Source of the DNA: a bacterium
GTDB taxonomy: Bacteria; UBA8248; JACPRG01; G963555815
NCBI GenBank assembly: GCA_965261595.1
Contig: CBDHDG010000002.1
Location: forward strand, 256,001-320,000
Reading direction: 5' to 3'
Length of the DNA stretch: 64,000 nucleotides
This document shows positions 30,519 to 40,099 of this stretch, in pieces (the first letter of the stretch is position 1; each line of letters opens with the position of its first letter). The notes below the pieces were generated by a model. That model saw only the letters and a program-made list of their open reading frames with translations. It was not told the origin of the DNA and ran no database searches. The translations under genes were made by a program, and so were the position numbers.

Positions 30519-31910
30519 TCACGATTGCGCGTCTTCCGGGAACCGCCGGAGGTATCGCCCCCGCCGCTTGGTCTTGCGAAGTTCCCCGCCCTCCTGAACG
30601 ATCTCTCCGCCCGCGATCGTGACGACCGGCCATCCCCGGCTGACGAAACCCTCGTATGGCGAGTAGTCGGCGTGGGAGTTCAGCATCTTCGCCGTAACGC
30701 GCACCTTCTTATTCAGGTCGAGGACCATGAGGTCCGCGTCCGCCCCGACCCGGAGGATCCCCTTGCGGGGAAAGAGGCCGTACGTCCGTGCGGTGTTGTA
30801 GGAAGTCACCCGGGCCAGGCCGGGGAGGGAGAGGCGGCCTTTGGCCACGCCCTCGGTCAACAGGATGGGCACGGTCGCCCCGACGCCGGGCAGGCCCGGC
30901 CGGCCGGTCCAGATATCCGAGCCCTTTACGTCCAGCTTGAAGCTGCAATGGTCCGATCCCAGGAAATCGACTTTCCCCGCCGAAATCGCTTCCCAGAGCC
31001 CCTCCACGTCCTCCCGCTCCCGCAGCGGCGGGTTGACCTTGCCCAGGGCGCCGGGAAGGCTGTTTTTCGTGAGGTGGAGATAGTGGCCGCACGTCTCCAG
31101 GGCGACGTCCCCCGTTCGTCGTCCCTCCCGGTGACGCTCGACGATGGGGACCCCCGAGGCGATGCTCAGGTGGGGGATGGTAATGGGGACGCCCAGGTGC
31201 TCGGAGAAGAGCAGGGCGCGCTGCACGCCGTCCTCCTCGGCGAGGCGGGGGCGGGAATCGCTCCAGGCGGCCCCGTCGGTCCGCCCCGCCGCTTCGAGCT
31301 CCTTCCGGACGTCCTCGATCACTTCCATGTTCTCCGGGTGGATGACCACCCTCGCCCCCGGAATTTTCGACGCCTCGCGCAGCCCCCGGTAGAGAAATCC
31401 GTCGCCCACCCCCTGGAGGGAGCCCGCGTCCTTCCCCTTGTAGGCCATGAAGAACTTGAAAGACGAGATGCCGAACTCCCGCGCGCAGACCGGGATCTCG
31501 GCCAAGTGCTCCTCGGACATGATGACGGCGTGGATGCCCATGTCGATCCGGCTCCCCGCCTCGATCTCCCGGATGCGCCGGGGAATAGCCTCCCGGTTGG
31601 ACCCCGGCTCGATGAGGAAGACAAGCAGCGTCGTCACGCCTCCCATGGCGGCGGCGGCGGATTCGGTGCGGCAGTCGGCGGCGAAGTCCTGGCCGTAGCG
31701 TCCCATGTGGACATGGGCGTCGATCATGCCGGGCAAAATGAATTTTCCCCGGCAGTCGATCCGCTTGCGCGCCCGGGGGCCTCGGGTTCCGTCCGCGAAG
31801 AGGGCGGCGATGCGCCCGTCCCGGATGGCCATGTCTTCCCGGTAAACGCCGTCCGGGCGGACCGTGCGGCCCCCTTCCAGGATCAGGTCTATGGAGGCCG
31901 CCGGACTCAT
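30519..31910 (-). CDS. Cyclic amidohydrolase (dihydropyrimidinase/dihydroorotase/allantoinase family)
   Basis: PGMIDAHVH, SFKFFM, HPEN, ETCGHYL, KVNPPLR, GSDH. Confidence 0.9.
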   Translation of the reverse strand: MSPAASIDLILEGGRTVRPDGVYREDMAIRDGRIAALFADGTRGPRARKRIDCRGKFILPGMIDAHVHMGRYGQDFAADCRTESAAAAMGGVTTLLVFLIEPGSNREAIPRRIREIEAGSRIDMGIHAVIMSEEHLAEIPVCAREFGISSFKFFMAYKGKDAGSLQGVGDGFLYRGLREASKIPGARVVIHPENMEVIEDVRKELEAAGRTDGAAWSDSRPRLAEEDGVQRALLFSEHLGVPITIPHLSIASGVPIVERHREGRRTGDVALETCGHYLHLTKNSLPGALGKVNPPLREREDVEGLWEAISAGKVDFLGSDHCSFKLDVKGSDIWTGRPGLPGVGATVPILLTEGVAKGRLSLPGLARVTSYNTARTYGLFPRKGILRVGADADLMVLDLNKKVRVTAKMLNSHADYSPYEGFVSRGWPVVTIAGGEIVQEGGELRKTKRRGRYLRRFPEDAQS

Positions 31911-33106
31911 ATCACGCCCTCCCGCCGGAAGGCTTCGACCTCTTTGCCGGAATATTCGAGAAGCGTCGTCAGCACCTCTTCGGTGTGCGCGCCGAGCTCC
32001 GGCGGGATGGACCGGATACGGGTCGGGGTCTCGGAGAACTTGTAGGGCCAGTCAATGGCCCGGAGGGTCCCGATGTCGGGGTGGGGGATCTCCTTCACCG
32101 TCTCCCGGGCCAGGACCTGGGGATGGGAGAAGACCTGGTCCAGCGTCTGGATGGGCGCGCAGGGTACGCCGGCCTCCTCGAATCTCTCGATCCACTCGGC
32201 CCCCGGCCGTTTCAGCAGACACCCGACGAGGATCGGCTCCAGGATCTTCCGGTTATCGACGCGCTTGCGGGTGGTGTCGAAGCGGCCGTCGTCCACCAGG
32301 TCTTCCCGCTCCACCGCGCGGCAGAACCCGGGCCAGTGGGCGTCGCTGGCGATGATCATGATGTAGGAGCCGTCCCGGGTCAGGTAACCCGAAGAGGGGA
32401 CCCGCTGGGGGTCGCCGCTCCCCCACCGCCGCGGGAGCCTTCCCTCGTGCAGATACTCGAAGGCCTTGACGGCCAGGAAGGAGATCTGGCTGTCCAGCAT
32501 GGAGATGTCGATGTGCTGGCCGCGCGGCCCCTCCCCGGCCTTCCGTTCCCGGTGGAGGAGCGCGCCCATGATGGAGAAGGCCGCGAACATGCCTCCCGCC
32601 AGGTCCGCCGTGGCGACGCCGACCCGGACGGGCGGCCGGTCGGACTCTCCGGTGAGGCTCATGATGCCCGACATGGCCTGAAGGATGGGATCGTATCCCC
32701 GCCGGTTCCCCCAAGGACCCGTCCGGCCGAAGGCGGAGACGGAGCAGTACACCATATCCGGGCTCACTTTCGACAGGGTCGGGTAATCGATCCCCAGCCG
32801 CTCCGTCACGCCCGGCGTGAAGTTCTCCAGGAGGACATCGCATTTCGCGATCAGCTTGTGGGCGATGGCCAGGCCCTCGGGCTCTTTCAGGTTGAGGGTC
32901 ATGGATTTCTTGCTGCGGTTGAAGCTCATGAAGTAGCCGCTCTTTTCCTTGTAAAAGGGGGGCCAGACCCGCGTCTCGTCGCCCCCGCCGGGGGTTTCGA
33001 TCTTGATCACCTCGGCCCCGAGCTCGGCCAGCATCATGGAGCAATACGGCCCGGCCCAGACCCGCGAGAAATCCGCCACGCGTATGCCTTCGAGGATGTC
33101 TTTCAT
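31907..33106 (-). CDS. Family III CoA transferase (CaiB/BaiF)
   Basis: AGPYCSMMLAELGAEVIKIE, NRSKKS, ENFTPG, GYDPILQA, PPELGAHT. Confidence 0.93.
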   Translation of the reverse strand: MKDILEGIRVADFSRVWAGPYCSMMLAELGAEVIKIETPGGGDETRVWPPFYKEKSGYFMSFNRSKKSMTLNLKEPEGLAIAHKLIAKCDVLLENFTPGVTERLGIDYPTLSKVSPDMVYCSVSAFGRTGPWGNRRGYDPILQAMSGIMSLTGESDRPPVRVGVATADLAGGMFAAFSIMGALLHRERKAGEGPRGQHIDISMLDSQISFLAVKAFEYLHEGRLPRRWGSGDPQRVPSSGYLTRDGSYIMIIASDAHWPGFCRAVEREDLVDDGRFDTTRKRVDNRKILEPILVGCLLKRPGAEWIERFEEAGVPCAPIQTLDQVFSHPQVLARETVKEIPHPDIGTLRAIDWPYKFSETPTRIRSIPPELGAHTEEVLTTLLEYSGKEVEAFRREGVI

Positions 33107-33142
33107 GACGGAATCCAGGGGGTCAATTGCTGAAAGGCATGG

Positions 33143-33436
33143 CCAGGGGGGCTTTTTTGTAAAACCGCCCCCCTGGACCCCCCGAAAAACTTTCTGCGGT
33201 CAAGCCTTTGGCTCGACCTGCTCGCGGTGGGAGATGGAGAAGCTGACCGGTCGGTCCTGCCGCGCGGGACCTTTTCTTGACCGGATGCCCGCCTTCCTGG
33301 CGGAAGGCTCCGGCATCCGCTTAAGAAGCCAGTTTTGTTGCGAAAGGGTATATCGCCGTAGGCGATATACCCTTTCGCGAAATGAAAGTTTTCGAGGGGG
33401 GTCCAGGGGGGACAGTTTTCAAAATGTCCCCCCTGG
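33143..33436. repeat. Multi-hairpin intergenic element, copy 2
   Basis: Terminal CCAGGGGG..CCCCCTGG palindromes plus internal stems; homologous to 13025-13286 in inverted orientation. Confidence 0.75.
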
Positions 33437-33471
33437 AAAAGGTATCGTTTATCCGCCGTTTCCATCACACC

Positions 33472-34632
33472 TCAGCCGTTTGCCCAGGAGGCCCGGCCTT
33501 TCAGTACCTCGTGGGCGATCATATTGCGGTGGAGCTGTGGCGGGCCGCTGCCCAGGACGATGCCTCGGGCGTCCCGCACGAACCGCTCGACCGGAAACTC
33601 CTTATTGTAGCCCCACCCGCCGTGCATCTGGAGCGCCCAATCGGTCACCTTCAGGGCTACCTCGTTGGCGAACAGCTTCGCCGTCGAGGACTCGAAGCGG
33701 GAGGGGAACCCGTCGGCCGCGTTGACGGCGGCCCGATACGTCAGCAACCGGGCGGCCTCGATTTGCGTCGCCATGTCGGAGATCATCCAGCGGATTCCCT
33801 GGAAGTCGGAGACGGGGTGGCCGTAGGGCGCGCGCACCTGGACGTATTCGACGGCGGCGTTGAACGCCCCCTGGGCGATCCCGGTCGAGATGGCCGCGTT
33901 CAGGCACCGCTGGCCGTTGAAGGCCGTCATGATCTTGCGGAACCCGCCCTCCGGGACCAGGACATCATCCTCGCCGATGGGGCAGTCCTCGAAGATCACC
34001 TCCCGCGAGGGGCAGCCCCGGAAGCCCATCATCTCCTCCGGCTTGCCGAAGGACAGGCCGGGCGTCCCTTCGTCCACGAGGACGGCCCCGATCCCGTCGA
34101 GGCCCGGCGTTCCGTTGAACCGGGTGAACACCATGTAGACCCCGCACTCGCCCGCCCGGCTGGTCATGGCCTTGCGGCCCTTGAGGCGGTATCCGTCATC
34201 GGTCCGCGTGGCGTTGGTCGTGATCCGGGTCGTGGCCGAGCCGGCGTCGGGCTCGGTGATCGAGATGGCGGTGAGGATCTCTCCCTTGGCGATCCGGGGC
34301 AGATATTTCTCTTGTTGGGCTTTCGTCCCGTAGTGATTGAGGAGCTGGGTGCAGATGCCGAGCTCCGCCATCAGGACCATCGCCGTGCTGGGGCATACGC
34401 GGGCGATTTCCTCGCAGACGAGGACGGCCTCGAAGCCGCCCAGGCCCATGCCGCCGTATGCCTCCGGGACAGTCAGGCCCATGATCCCCAGCTCGGCCGC
34501 GCGGCGGACCGTGTCCCAGGGGATGGCGAGGCGCTCGGACGTCTCGATCGCCTTGGGCTCCAGCTCTTTGTCCGCGTATTCGGCGACCATCTTCCGCAGG
34601 AGGCGTTGGGATTCGGTCAGGTGAAAATCCAT
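33472..34632 (-). CDS. Acyl-CoA dehydrogenase
   Basis: PEAYGGMG, ITEPDAGS, LKGRK, FQGIRWMISDM, LQMHGGWGY, RDAR. Confidence 0.92.
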   Translation of the reverse strand: MDFHLTESQRLLRKMVAEYADKELEPKAIETSERLAIPWDTVRRAAELGIMGLTVPEAYGGMGLGGFEAVLVCEEIARVCPSTAMVLMAELGICTQLLNHYGTKAQQEKYLPRIAKGEILTAISITEPDAGSATTRITTNATRTDDGYRLKGRKAMTSRAGECGVYMVFTRFNGTPGLDGIGAVLVDEGTPGLSFGKPEEMMGFRGCPSREVIFEDCPIGEDDVLVPEGGFRKIMTAFNGQRCLNAAISTGIAQGAFNAAVEYVQVRAPYGHPVSDFQGIRWMISDMATQIEAARLLTYRAAVNAADGFPSRFESSTAKLFANEVALKVTDWALQMHGGWGYNKEFPVERFVRDARGIVLGSGPPQLHRNMIAHEVLKGRASWANG

Positions 34633-34654
34633 GGGCTCCTCACACGTTTCGGCG

Positions 34655-35335
34655 TCAGGTCCTCCCGACCGGGCGGAGGGCCGAGGGGCCTTCCCGCATC
34701 CGTTCGAGAACGTTCTCCTTGTTTTTCTTCAAGTGGCGTTTCAGGGCCGGGCGTGCCCGGCCCAGGTCCCGGGTCTCCAGGGCGGCCAGGAGGGCCTGGT
34801 GCTCCGCCAGCGCCTCGATGCCCCGGTCCGGGGACAGTCCGTCGATCCGTCGCTTCAGGTTGATCCGGTCGAAGACCCGCTCAAGCGTTACGACCAGGGC
34901 GCCGTTGCCGGAAATCCCGGCCAGGGCCAGATGGAACGCGCGGTCGCGGTGAAGGCGGTCCGCGCCGCTTCCCCGGGTGACGGCCCGGCGATAGGCGTCC
35001 TGGCAGCCGCGGAGGGCGCGCAGGGCGGCGCCATCGAGGGCCTCGACGTTTCGCCGCAGGGCGTGGACCTCCAGGGCCTCGCGGATCTCGAGGAGGTCCT
35101 CGACTTCCTTCCGGGAGAAATCCGAGACGAAATAGCCCCGGTTCCGGACGTGGCGGACGTAGCCTTCCTGGGACAGCTTGCCGAAGGCCTCGCGCAGGGG
35201 TGTGTGGCTGACGCCGAGCCGCTCGGCCAGGGCCTGGTGGGAGAGCTTGTGGCCGGGGAGGAGCTCGGAGGACAGGATGGCCTCGCGGAGACGGGTGTAC
35301 ACCTCCCGGCTCAGGTCTCTGGTTTTGGCGGCCAT
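34655..35335 (-). CDS. GntR-family (FCD) transcriptional regulator (start 35335-35353)
   Basis: LAERLGVSHTPLREA HTH; FHLAL, EH..LL FCD motifs. Confidence 0.92.
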   Translation of the reverse strand: MAAKTRDLSREVYTRLREAILSSELLPGHKLSHQALAERLGVSHTPLREAFGKLSQEGYVRHVRNRGYFVSDFSRKEVEDLLEIREALEVHALRRNVEALDGAALRALRGCQDAYRRAVTRGSGADRLHRDRAFHLALAGISGNGALVVTLERVFDRINLKRRIDGLSPDRGIEALAEHQALLAALETRDLGRARPALKRHLKKNKENVLERMREGPSALRPVGRT

Positions 35336-35357
35336 GCGGCGATCTCCCATCAATACT

Positions 35358-35393
35358 TTATAAAATATATTATAAATAATTTGGCCGTGTCAA
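35358..35393 (-). promoter_or_regulatory. Putative sigma70 promoter overlapped by an AT-rich near-palindromic operator upstream of gntR
   Basis: Minus strand TTGACA-18 nt-TATATT; TTATAAAATATATTATAA at 35358-35375 within otherwise GC-rich DNA. Confidence 0.6.
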
Positions 35394-35503
35394 CCGTCGT
35401 TGACCCGCAGTGATCCCCGGTTTCTTGGCCTCTGAGTCCGGTGAGGCGTGTCAGGAGAGATGGGGGCTGTTCAGTGTGATGAACGCAGCCTCTCTCTCCG
35501 ACG

Positions 35504-35670
35504 GTCATTCCCGCGCAGGCGGGAATCCAGGAGCCCTTTGGGTCGCCTACACAGCCCCTGTCTTCTGCGGGGGAAGTCCCCCCATCTGAACCCCTCCCAT
35601 TCATGGGTTGGTGCGGGCGAGGGAGGACACGCGGGTTAGGAGGCTGGATTCCCGCCTGCGCGGGAATGAC
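35504..35670. repeat. Perfect 27-bp inverted repeat pair of ATTCCC-N8-GGGAAT (dRS3-like) type
   Basis: GTCATTCCCGCGCAGGCGGGAATCCAG at 35504-35530 and its exact reverse complement at 35644-35670. Confidence 0.85.
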
Positions 35671-35932
35671 AGTGAGGCGCGCCTCTCAAGGGGATGCGAC
35701 GTGAGGGCTCGCATCCCCACCCATCATGGAACGCTTCATCTCAACAGGCGCGGGGAAACCGGCGATTCCTCAGTTGTTGACCCGATGGACGCATTCGGGA
35801 CCCGGGATCGGGTGAATGGGCGGGTGTTTTAAAGAACACAAAAATGGCGGCGGCACTGGCAGGCAAGCTGCGCAGTGGCGCCCTTATTCAGATGACGGGA
35901 TGACGGAAAACAGCCGGCGCAAAAACCCGGGG

Positions 35933-36313
35933 TTAATCTTCGGCCAACGGTCTCGACCGCACGTCAGCGGCGTTGCCGGTCGGGGGGGCGAAGATGCCGA
36001 GGAACTTCGTGGTCCCCTTGCCCGCGTTGACGTGTTGGTGCTCGACGCCGGCCGGGATCAGAATGACCTCCCCCGCCTCCGCCCGGTGGAGGGTCTCTCC
36101 CGTCTTCACGCCCGCGACGCCCTCCAGGACGATGAGGGCCTCGGCGTGGCCCCTTGTATGGACCTCCGAGGAGGCGCCCGGCGCCAGCTCCACGTGGTAA
36201 AGCTCGAGGCCCGGATGGCCGGTTTCCGGATCGAGGAGGACGCGCGTCCGCCGGCCCCCGGCGCCCTGATGGGCGGGAACCTCCTGCGGGGAGATGATCC
36301 GGATGGATTCCAT
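35933..36313 (-). CDS. Cupin-domain protein
   Basis: HTRGHAEALIVLEG and GEVILIPAGVEH cupin motifs. Confidence 0.85.
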   Translation of the reverse strand: MESIRIISPQEVPAHQGAGGRRTRVLLDPETGHPGLELYHVELAPGASSEVHTRGHAEALIVLEGVAGVKTGETLHRAEAGEVILIPAGVEHQHVNAGKGTTKFLGIFAPPTGNAADVRSRPLAED

Positions 36314-36320
36314 CGCGCCG

Positions 36321-37676
36321 TTATCCCAGGGCGCGCGGGACGAACCGTCCCGTTCCCGGCGCGGCGGTGACCTCGCCCCCTTCCATGACGACCTGTCCCC
36401 GCAGGACGGTCAGGACGGGCCAGCCCGTGAGGGTCCGGCCGTCGAAGGGGCTGAAATCCGATCCCTGGTGGAGGTTCTTGTTGGCGTCCACGACCCGGGC
36501 CTCTTCCAGGTCGACGACGACGAGGTCCGCGTCCGAGCCGGCCTGAAGGGTCCCCTTCTTCGGATAGAGGCCGAAGACGCGGGCGGGCTGATGGGCGGTC
36601 ACGTCGACGATCCGCTCCAGGGACAGGCGGCCCTTGTTCACCCCTTCGCTCAGGAGGGCCGGGAGCGAAGTTTCGATTCCCGGCATCCCCACGATGGCGG
36701 ACCACAGGTCTTCTTTGTGGCGGAGGGAAGTGGGCGCGTGGTCGGAGCCGACGGTGGAGAGGACGCCCCCCGAAAGCCCGTCCCAAAGGGCGTCGGAGTC
36801 CGCCGACTCCCGCAGGGGAGGGTTGATCTTCCCGATCACGGGGTCGAAATCCTTCGTCAGCGTCAGGTACTGGGGACAGGTCTCCCCGATGACGCGCTTT
36901 CCGCGGGCCCGGGCCTCCCGGACGATCCGCACGCCCTCCCGGATGGTGATGTGAACGATGTAGAGGGGACACCCGGCGGCGTCGGCCAGGACGATGGCCC
37001 GGTTCATGGCCTCCTCTTCGCAGAAGGGGGGGCGGGTCTCCGTCCAGGCGACGTCGCTCCGGCCGCTCGCCTTGAGCTCGTCCCGCAGGCCGAAGAAGAC
37101 CTCGATGTTTTCGGCGTGGACCAGGGCGACGGCCCCCGGGCCGAGCCGGCCCACCTCGCGGAAGCCCCGGAACAGGATGCCGTCATCGATGCCCTGAAGG
37201 GGCGGCTTCGCCTCCTCCCCCCGGTAGGACATCCAGAACTTGAACGAGGTGACCCCTTGCCGGGCCAGCTCGGGGATTTCGCGGATGTGCCCTTCGCTGA
37301 CGATGCCGCCGTGGAAGGTCCCGTCGGAATGCGCGTGGGCGTCGAACAGGGTTTTCATCTCGGCGAAGTGTTCGAGGAGGCTCCCGGTGGAGAGGATGAA
37401 ATGGATGAGCGTCGTTGTGCCGCCCGCGAGGGCGGCCCGGCTGGAAATGGGGATGGCCTCCTCCATGGGCCAGTCGGGCCAGTGCATGTGGACGTGGGGG
37501 TCGATCCGGCCCGGCAGGACGTACTTGCCGCGGGCGTCGATCTCCCTTTTGCCGGCGATTGTTTCGCCGGGCGTCGCGATGGCCGCGATCGTCTCGCCCC
37601 GGACGCCGAGGTCCGCTTCGACTCTTCCCCAAGGATGAACCAGGGTTCCGCCCCGGATGACGAGGTCGTAGCTCAT
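36321..37676 (-). CDS. Cyclic amidohydrolase (dihydropyrimidinase/hydantoinase-like)
   Basis: PGRIDPHVH, SFKFWM, HAEN, YIVH, ETCPQYL, INPPLR, GSDHAP. Confidence 0.9.
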   Translation of the reverse strand: MSYDLVIRGGTLVHPWGRVEADLGVRGETIAAIATPGETIAGKREIDARGKYVLPGRIDPHVHMHWPDWPMEEAIPISSRAALAGGTTTLIHFILSTGSLLEHFAEMKTLFDAHAHSDGTFHGGIVSEGHIREIPELARQGVTSFKFWMSYRGEEAKPPLQGIDDGILFRGFREVGRLGPGAVALVHAENIEVFFGLRDELKASGRSDVAWTETRPPFCEEEAMNRAIVLADAAGCPLYIVHITIREGVRIVREARARGKRVIGETCPQYLTLTKDFDPVIGKINPPLRESADSDALWDGLSGGVLSTVGSDHAPTSLRHKEDLWSAIVGMPGIETSLPALLSEGVNKGRLSLERIVDVTAHQPARVFGLYPKKGTLQAGSDADLVVVDLEEARVVDANKNLHQGSDFSPFDGRTLTGWPVLTVLRGQVVMEGGEVTAAPGTGRFVPRALG

Positions 37677-37718
37677 GGTCCGCCTCCTACGGCAAAAATG
37701 GCTTGTTGAAAGATCGGC

Positions 37719-38699
37719 TCAGGCCCGAAGCGCCGGGATCACTTCCCGGCCGAACAGCCGCACGCTCTCGACTTCCCCATTGAAAGGAAGGTGTTTGACG
37801 ATGAAGTGGTTGACGCCGATGTCGAGGAAGCGCTCCAGGCGCCGGACAATGTCCTCGGGTGTGCCGATGAGGGTTTTGTCCGCGAGCTCTTCCGGGCTGA
37901 GGTTCTCGTCGTGGTGGAGGGTGAAATACGGCGCGACTTTGGCGAGCTCGCGCTGGATCACGTCCTTGTCCCGCGTACAGCATCCGTAAAAGCCGACGCC
38001 CCAGAGCATCTCTTCCGGGTCCCGCCCGAGCTCGGCCGCGCGGGCCTTGACGGCGGCCATGCCCTCGGTCATCTGGTCGATCCGGCCGCCCCAGGGCATC
38101 CAGCCCCGGGCGTGTTTCGCGACCCGTTCCAGCGTCTTCCCCACGTCTCCGCCCGATACGATGGGCGGCCCCCCCGGCGTGTAGGGCTTCGGCTCGAACG
38201 ACACGTTTTCAAACTGGTAGTGTTTGCCCTCGTAGCTGACGTTGTCCCGCGTGAAGAGGGCGTTCAGGATTTCTAGCGCTTCGTTGGTCATGCTCCCGCG
38301 CTTGGCGTAGGGAACGCCGCAGGCGTCGAACTCGGGCCGGTACCCGCCGACCCCGAACCCCAGAATGAGCCGCCCCTTCGTGGCGTGATCGAGTGTCGAG
38401 ATGAGGTTCGCCAGGTGGATGGGGTGGCGCATGGGAAAGAGCAGGACCGACGTCCCGAGGGCGATCCGCTCGGTGATGGAGCTGAGGGCCGCCAGGACCA
38501 GGGTGGCCTCGAAGATTCCCTTCGTCCCGAAGGCGGCGCTGAGACCGGGGGGCGCGAGAAAGTGGTCCGCCACCCAGGCGGAGTCGAAGTCAAGCGCTTC
38601 CGCTTCACGGGCCAGGGTGCGCAGATGGTCGAAGTCCACGACCGGGTAGCCGTCGTTGGGCAGCAGGAGTCCGAAATGGGGCGTCGGGCGGTTGGTCAC
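37719..38699 (-). CDS. LLM-class flavin-dependent oxidoreductase
   Basis: WVADH, LGTSVLLFPMRHP, GRLILGFGVGG..EF, EPKP, IGTPEDI. Confidence 0.9.
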   Translation of the reverse strand: MTNRPTPHFGLLLPNDGYPVVDFDHLRTLAREAEALDFDSAWVADHFLAPPGLSAAFGTKGIFEATLVLAALSSITERIALGTSVLLFPMRHPIHLANLISTLDHATKGRLILGFGVGGYRPEFDACGVPYAKRGSMTNEALEILNALFTRDNVSYEGKHYQFENVSFEPKPYTPGGPPIVSGGDVGKTLERVAKHARGWMPWGGRIDQMTEGMAAVKARAAELGRDPEEMLWGVGFYGCCTRDKDVIQRELAKVAPYFTLHHDENLSPEELADKTLIGTPEDIVRRLERFLDIGVNHFIVKHLPFNGEVESVRLFGREVIPALRA

Positions 38700-38729
38700 G
38701 GGGGCATCCTCCGTTGAGCGGGCGGGGCC

Positions 38730-39650
38730 TTAGGCCGGCTCGGGTGTCTTCTCGGCAATCAGACCGTAGAGTTCGGGCCGCCGCTCCTCGAAATAAGGAA
38801 GGGTGCTCCGGCCCTCGGCGATTTGCGAAAGGTCGAGGGCGGCTCTCAGTATCATGGGCTCGTCCGGGGGCGCTTCGGCCGACAGTCCGCCCAATGGATC
38901 GATCACGCAGCTCCGCCCGAAAAACCGGGTTTCCACCTCCCCCAGCCGCTCGACCCCCGCCTTGTTGCACGCCGCGACGAAGAACAGGTTCTCCAGCGCC
39001 CGCGTCCGGAGCTCGATATGGAACATTTCCTCCGCGGTCGCCAAAGGCGAAGGAGCCCAGGCCGGAACGTCGGCGACCATGAAGACGACCTCGGCTCCCT
39101 GAAGGGCGAGCATCCGCCAGCCCTCGGGGAATCTCCGGTCGTAACAGACGAGGAGTCCCACACGCGCCTTGGGGGTGTCGAAGACCGGGAACCCTTCCCC
39201 CGCCGAGAAGAATCGGTGCTCGTCCACGCCGGTCTTCGGCGTCGACGCGAGGTGGGTCTTGGCGAACCGGAGGGCCGGCCGGCCTCCCGGAAGGACGCCT
39301 TCCACCGGCCCGCCTCCGGGTCCGAACAGGACCACGCTGTTCAGCCGCTCTCCCGTTTCGGGGATGAGCTCGTAAAAGGGGTAGACGATGTGGCAATGGA
39401 GGCGGCGCGCCCGTTCGGCGACCTCCCCGATCTCCTCGGATTCCAGCGACAGGGCCCACGGGACATGGTCCACGCCGGGGTTTCGGGGAAAGTACGAGGT
39501 CGTGGACAGCTCGTTGAGGCAGATGAAGTCGGGAGAGCCGGCGGCGGCCTCGTCGATCAGCCGGAGGTTCTCGGCGAGATTGGCGTCGAGGTCCGTTCCG
39601 GCGGGGCCTCTTTGGATGAGCGCGACTTGAAGGGTTCGCTCGTGACTCAC
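38730..39650 (-). CDS. Carbon-nitrogen hydrolase (N-carbamoylase/beta-ureidopropionase-like)
   Basis: Glu-Lys-Cys triad: LNEL, KTHL, VCYDRRFPE; GTG start at 39650 assumed. Confidence 0.9.
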   Translation of the reverse strand: MSHERTLQVALIQRGPAGTDLDANLAENLRLIDEAAAGSPDFICLNELSTTSYFPRNPGVDHVPWALSLESEEIGEVAERARRLHCHIVYPFYELIPETGERLNSVVLFGPGGGPVEGVLPGGRPALRFAKTHLASTPKTGVDEHRFFSAGEGFPVFDTPKARVGLLVCYDRRFPEGWRMLALQGAEVVFMVADVPAWAPSPLATAEEMFHIELRTRALENLFFVAACNKAGVERLGEVETRFFGRSCVIDPLGGLSAEAPPDEPMILRAALDLSQIAEGRSTLPYFEERRPELYGLIAEKTPEPA

Positions 39651-39885
39651 TCGATGCCCCCCGTTCGTTGCGGGCGATGGTCCGTGAAGCCGCCCGGCGG
39701 TTCTCAACCGGTCCGGCGAGGAAAGGCGCGAGTCCCCCACGCTTCAATTCGGCCGATGGTTGAATGGTAAGGACTCGGAGATCCGATACATCAAGCTAGC
39801 AAACCGGGGAAAAAGGTGTCAAGGATTGACATGCGGGGGAAAAAGGGGGAGGTGCGGCCTGATTTGAAAATTGTCAGCCGGAAGC

Positions 39886-39961
39886 CGGACCGGCCCCGGT
39901 TTTGTGGACGCCTCTTTCGTCTGTTACGGTGTCGGGTGTCCACGAGACCGGGTCAACCCCG
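39886..39961. mobile_element. 76-bp IS3-type IR-only relic (MITE-like)
   Basis: CGGACCGGCCCCGGTTTTGTGGACGCC ... GGTGTCCACGAGACCGGGTCAACCCCG match the IRs of the IS3 at 24181-25440. Confidence 0.65.
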
Positions 39962-40099
39962 GAATCGTCCGGATATGATTTGTTGCTTCCGGTTATCCGA
40001 TGTATAAGGAGGATTCAGCCATTCGGCGGCGGTCGACGCGCAGAGGTCTCGGGTGCCGGACCCTTTTCATCGAGTACACAAGTTCAAGGGGTTTGTCTC

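Noticed and set aside
33103..33468. 121-aa ORF between the acyl-CoA dehydrogenase and CoA transferase
   Set aside because: Lies over the palindromic repeat element and is likely spurious
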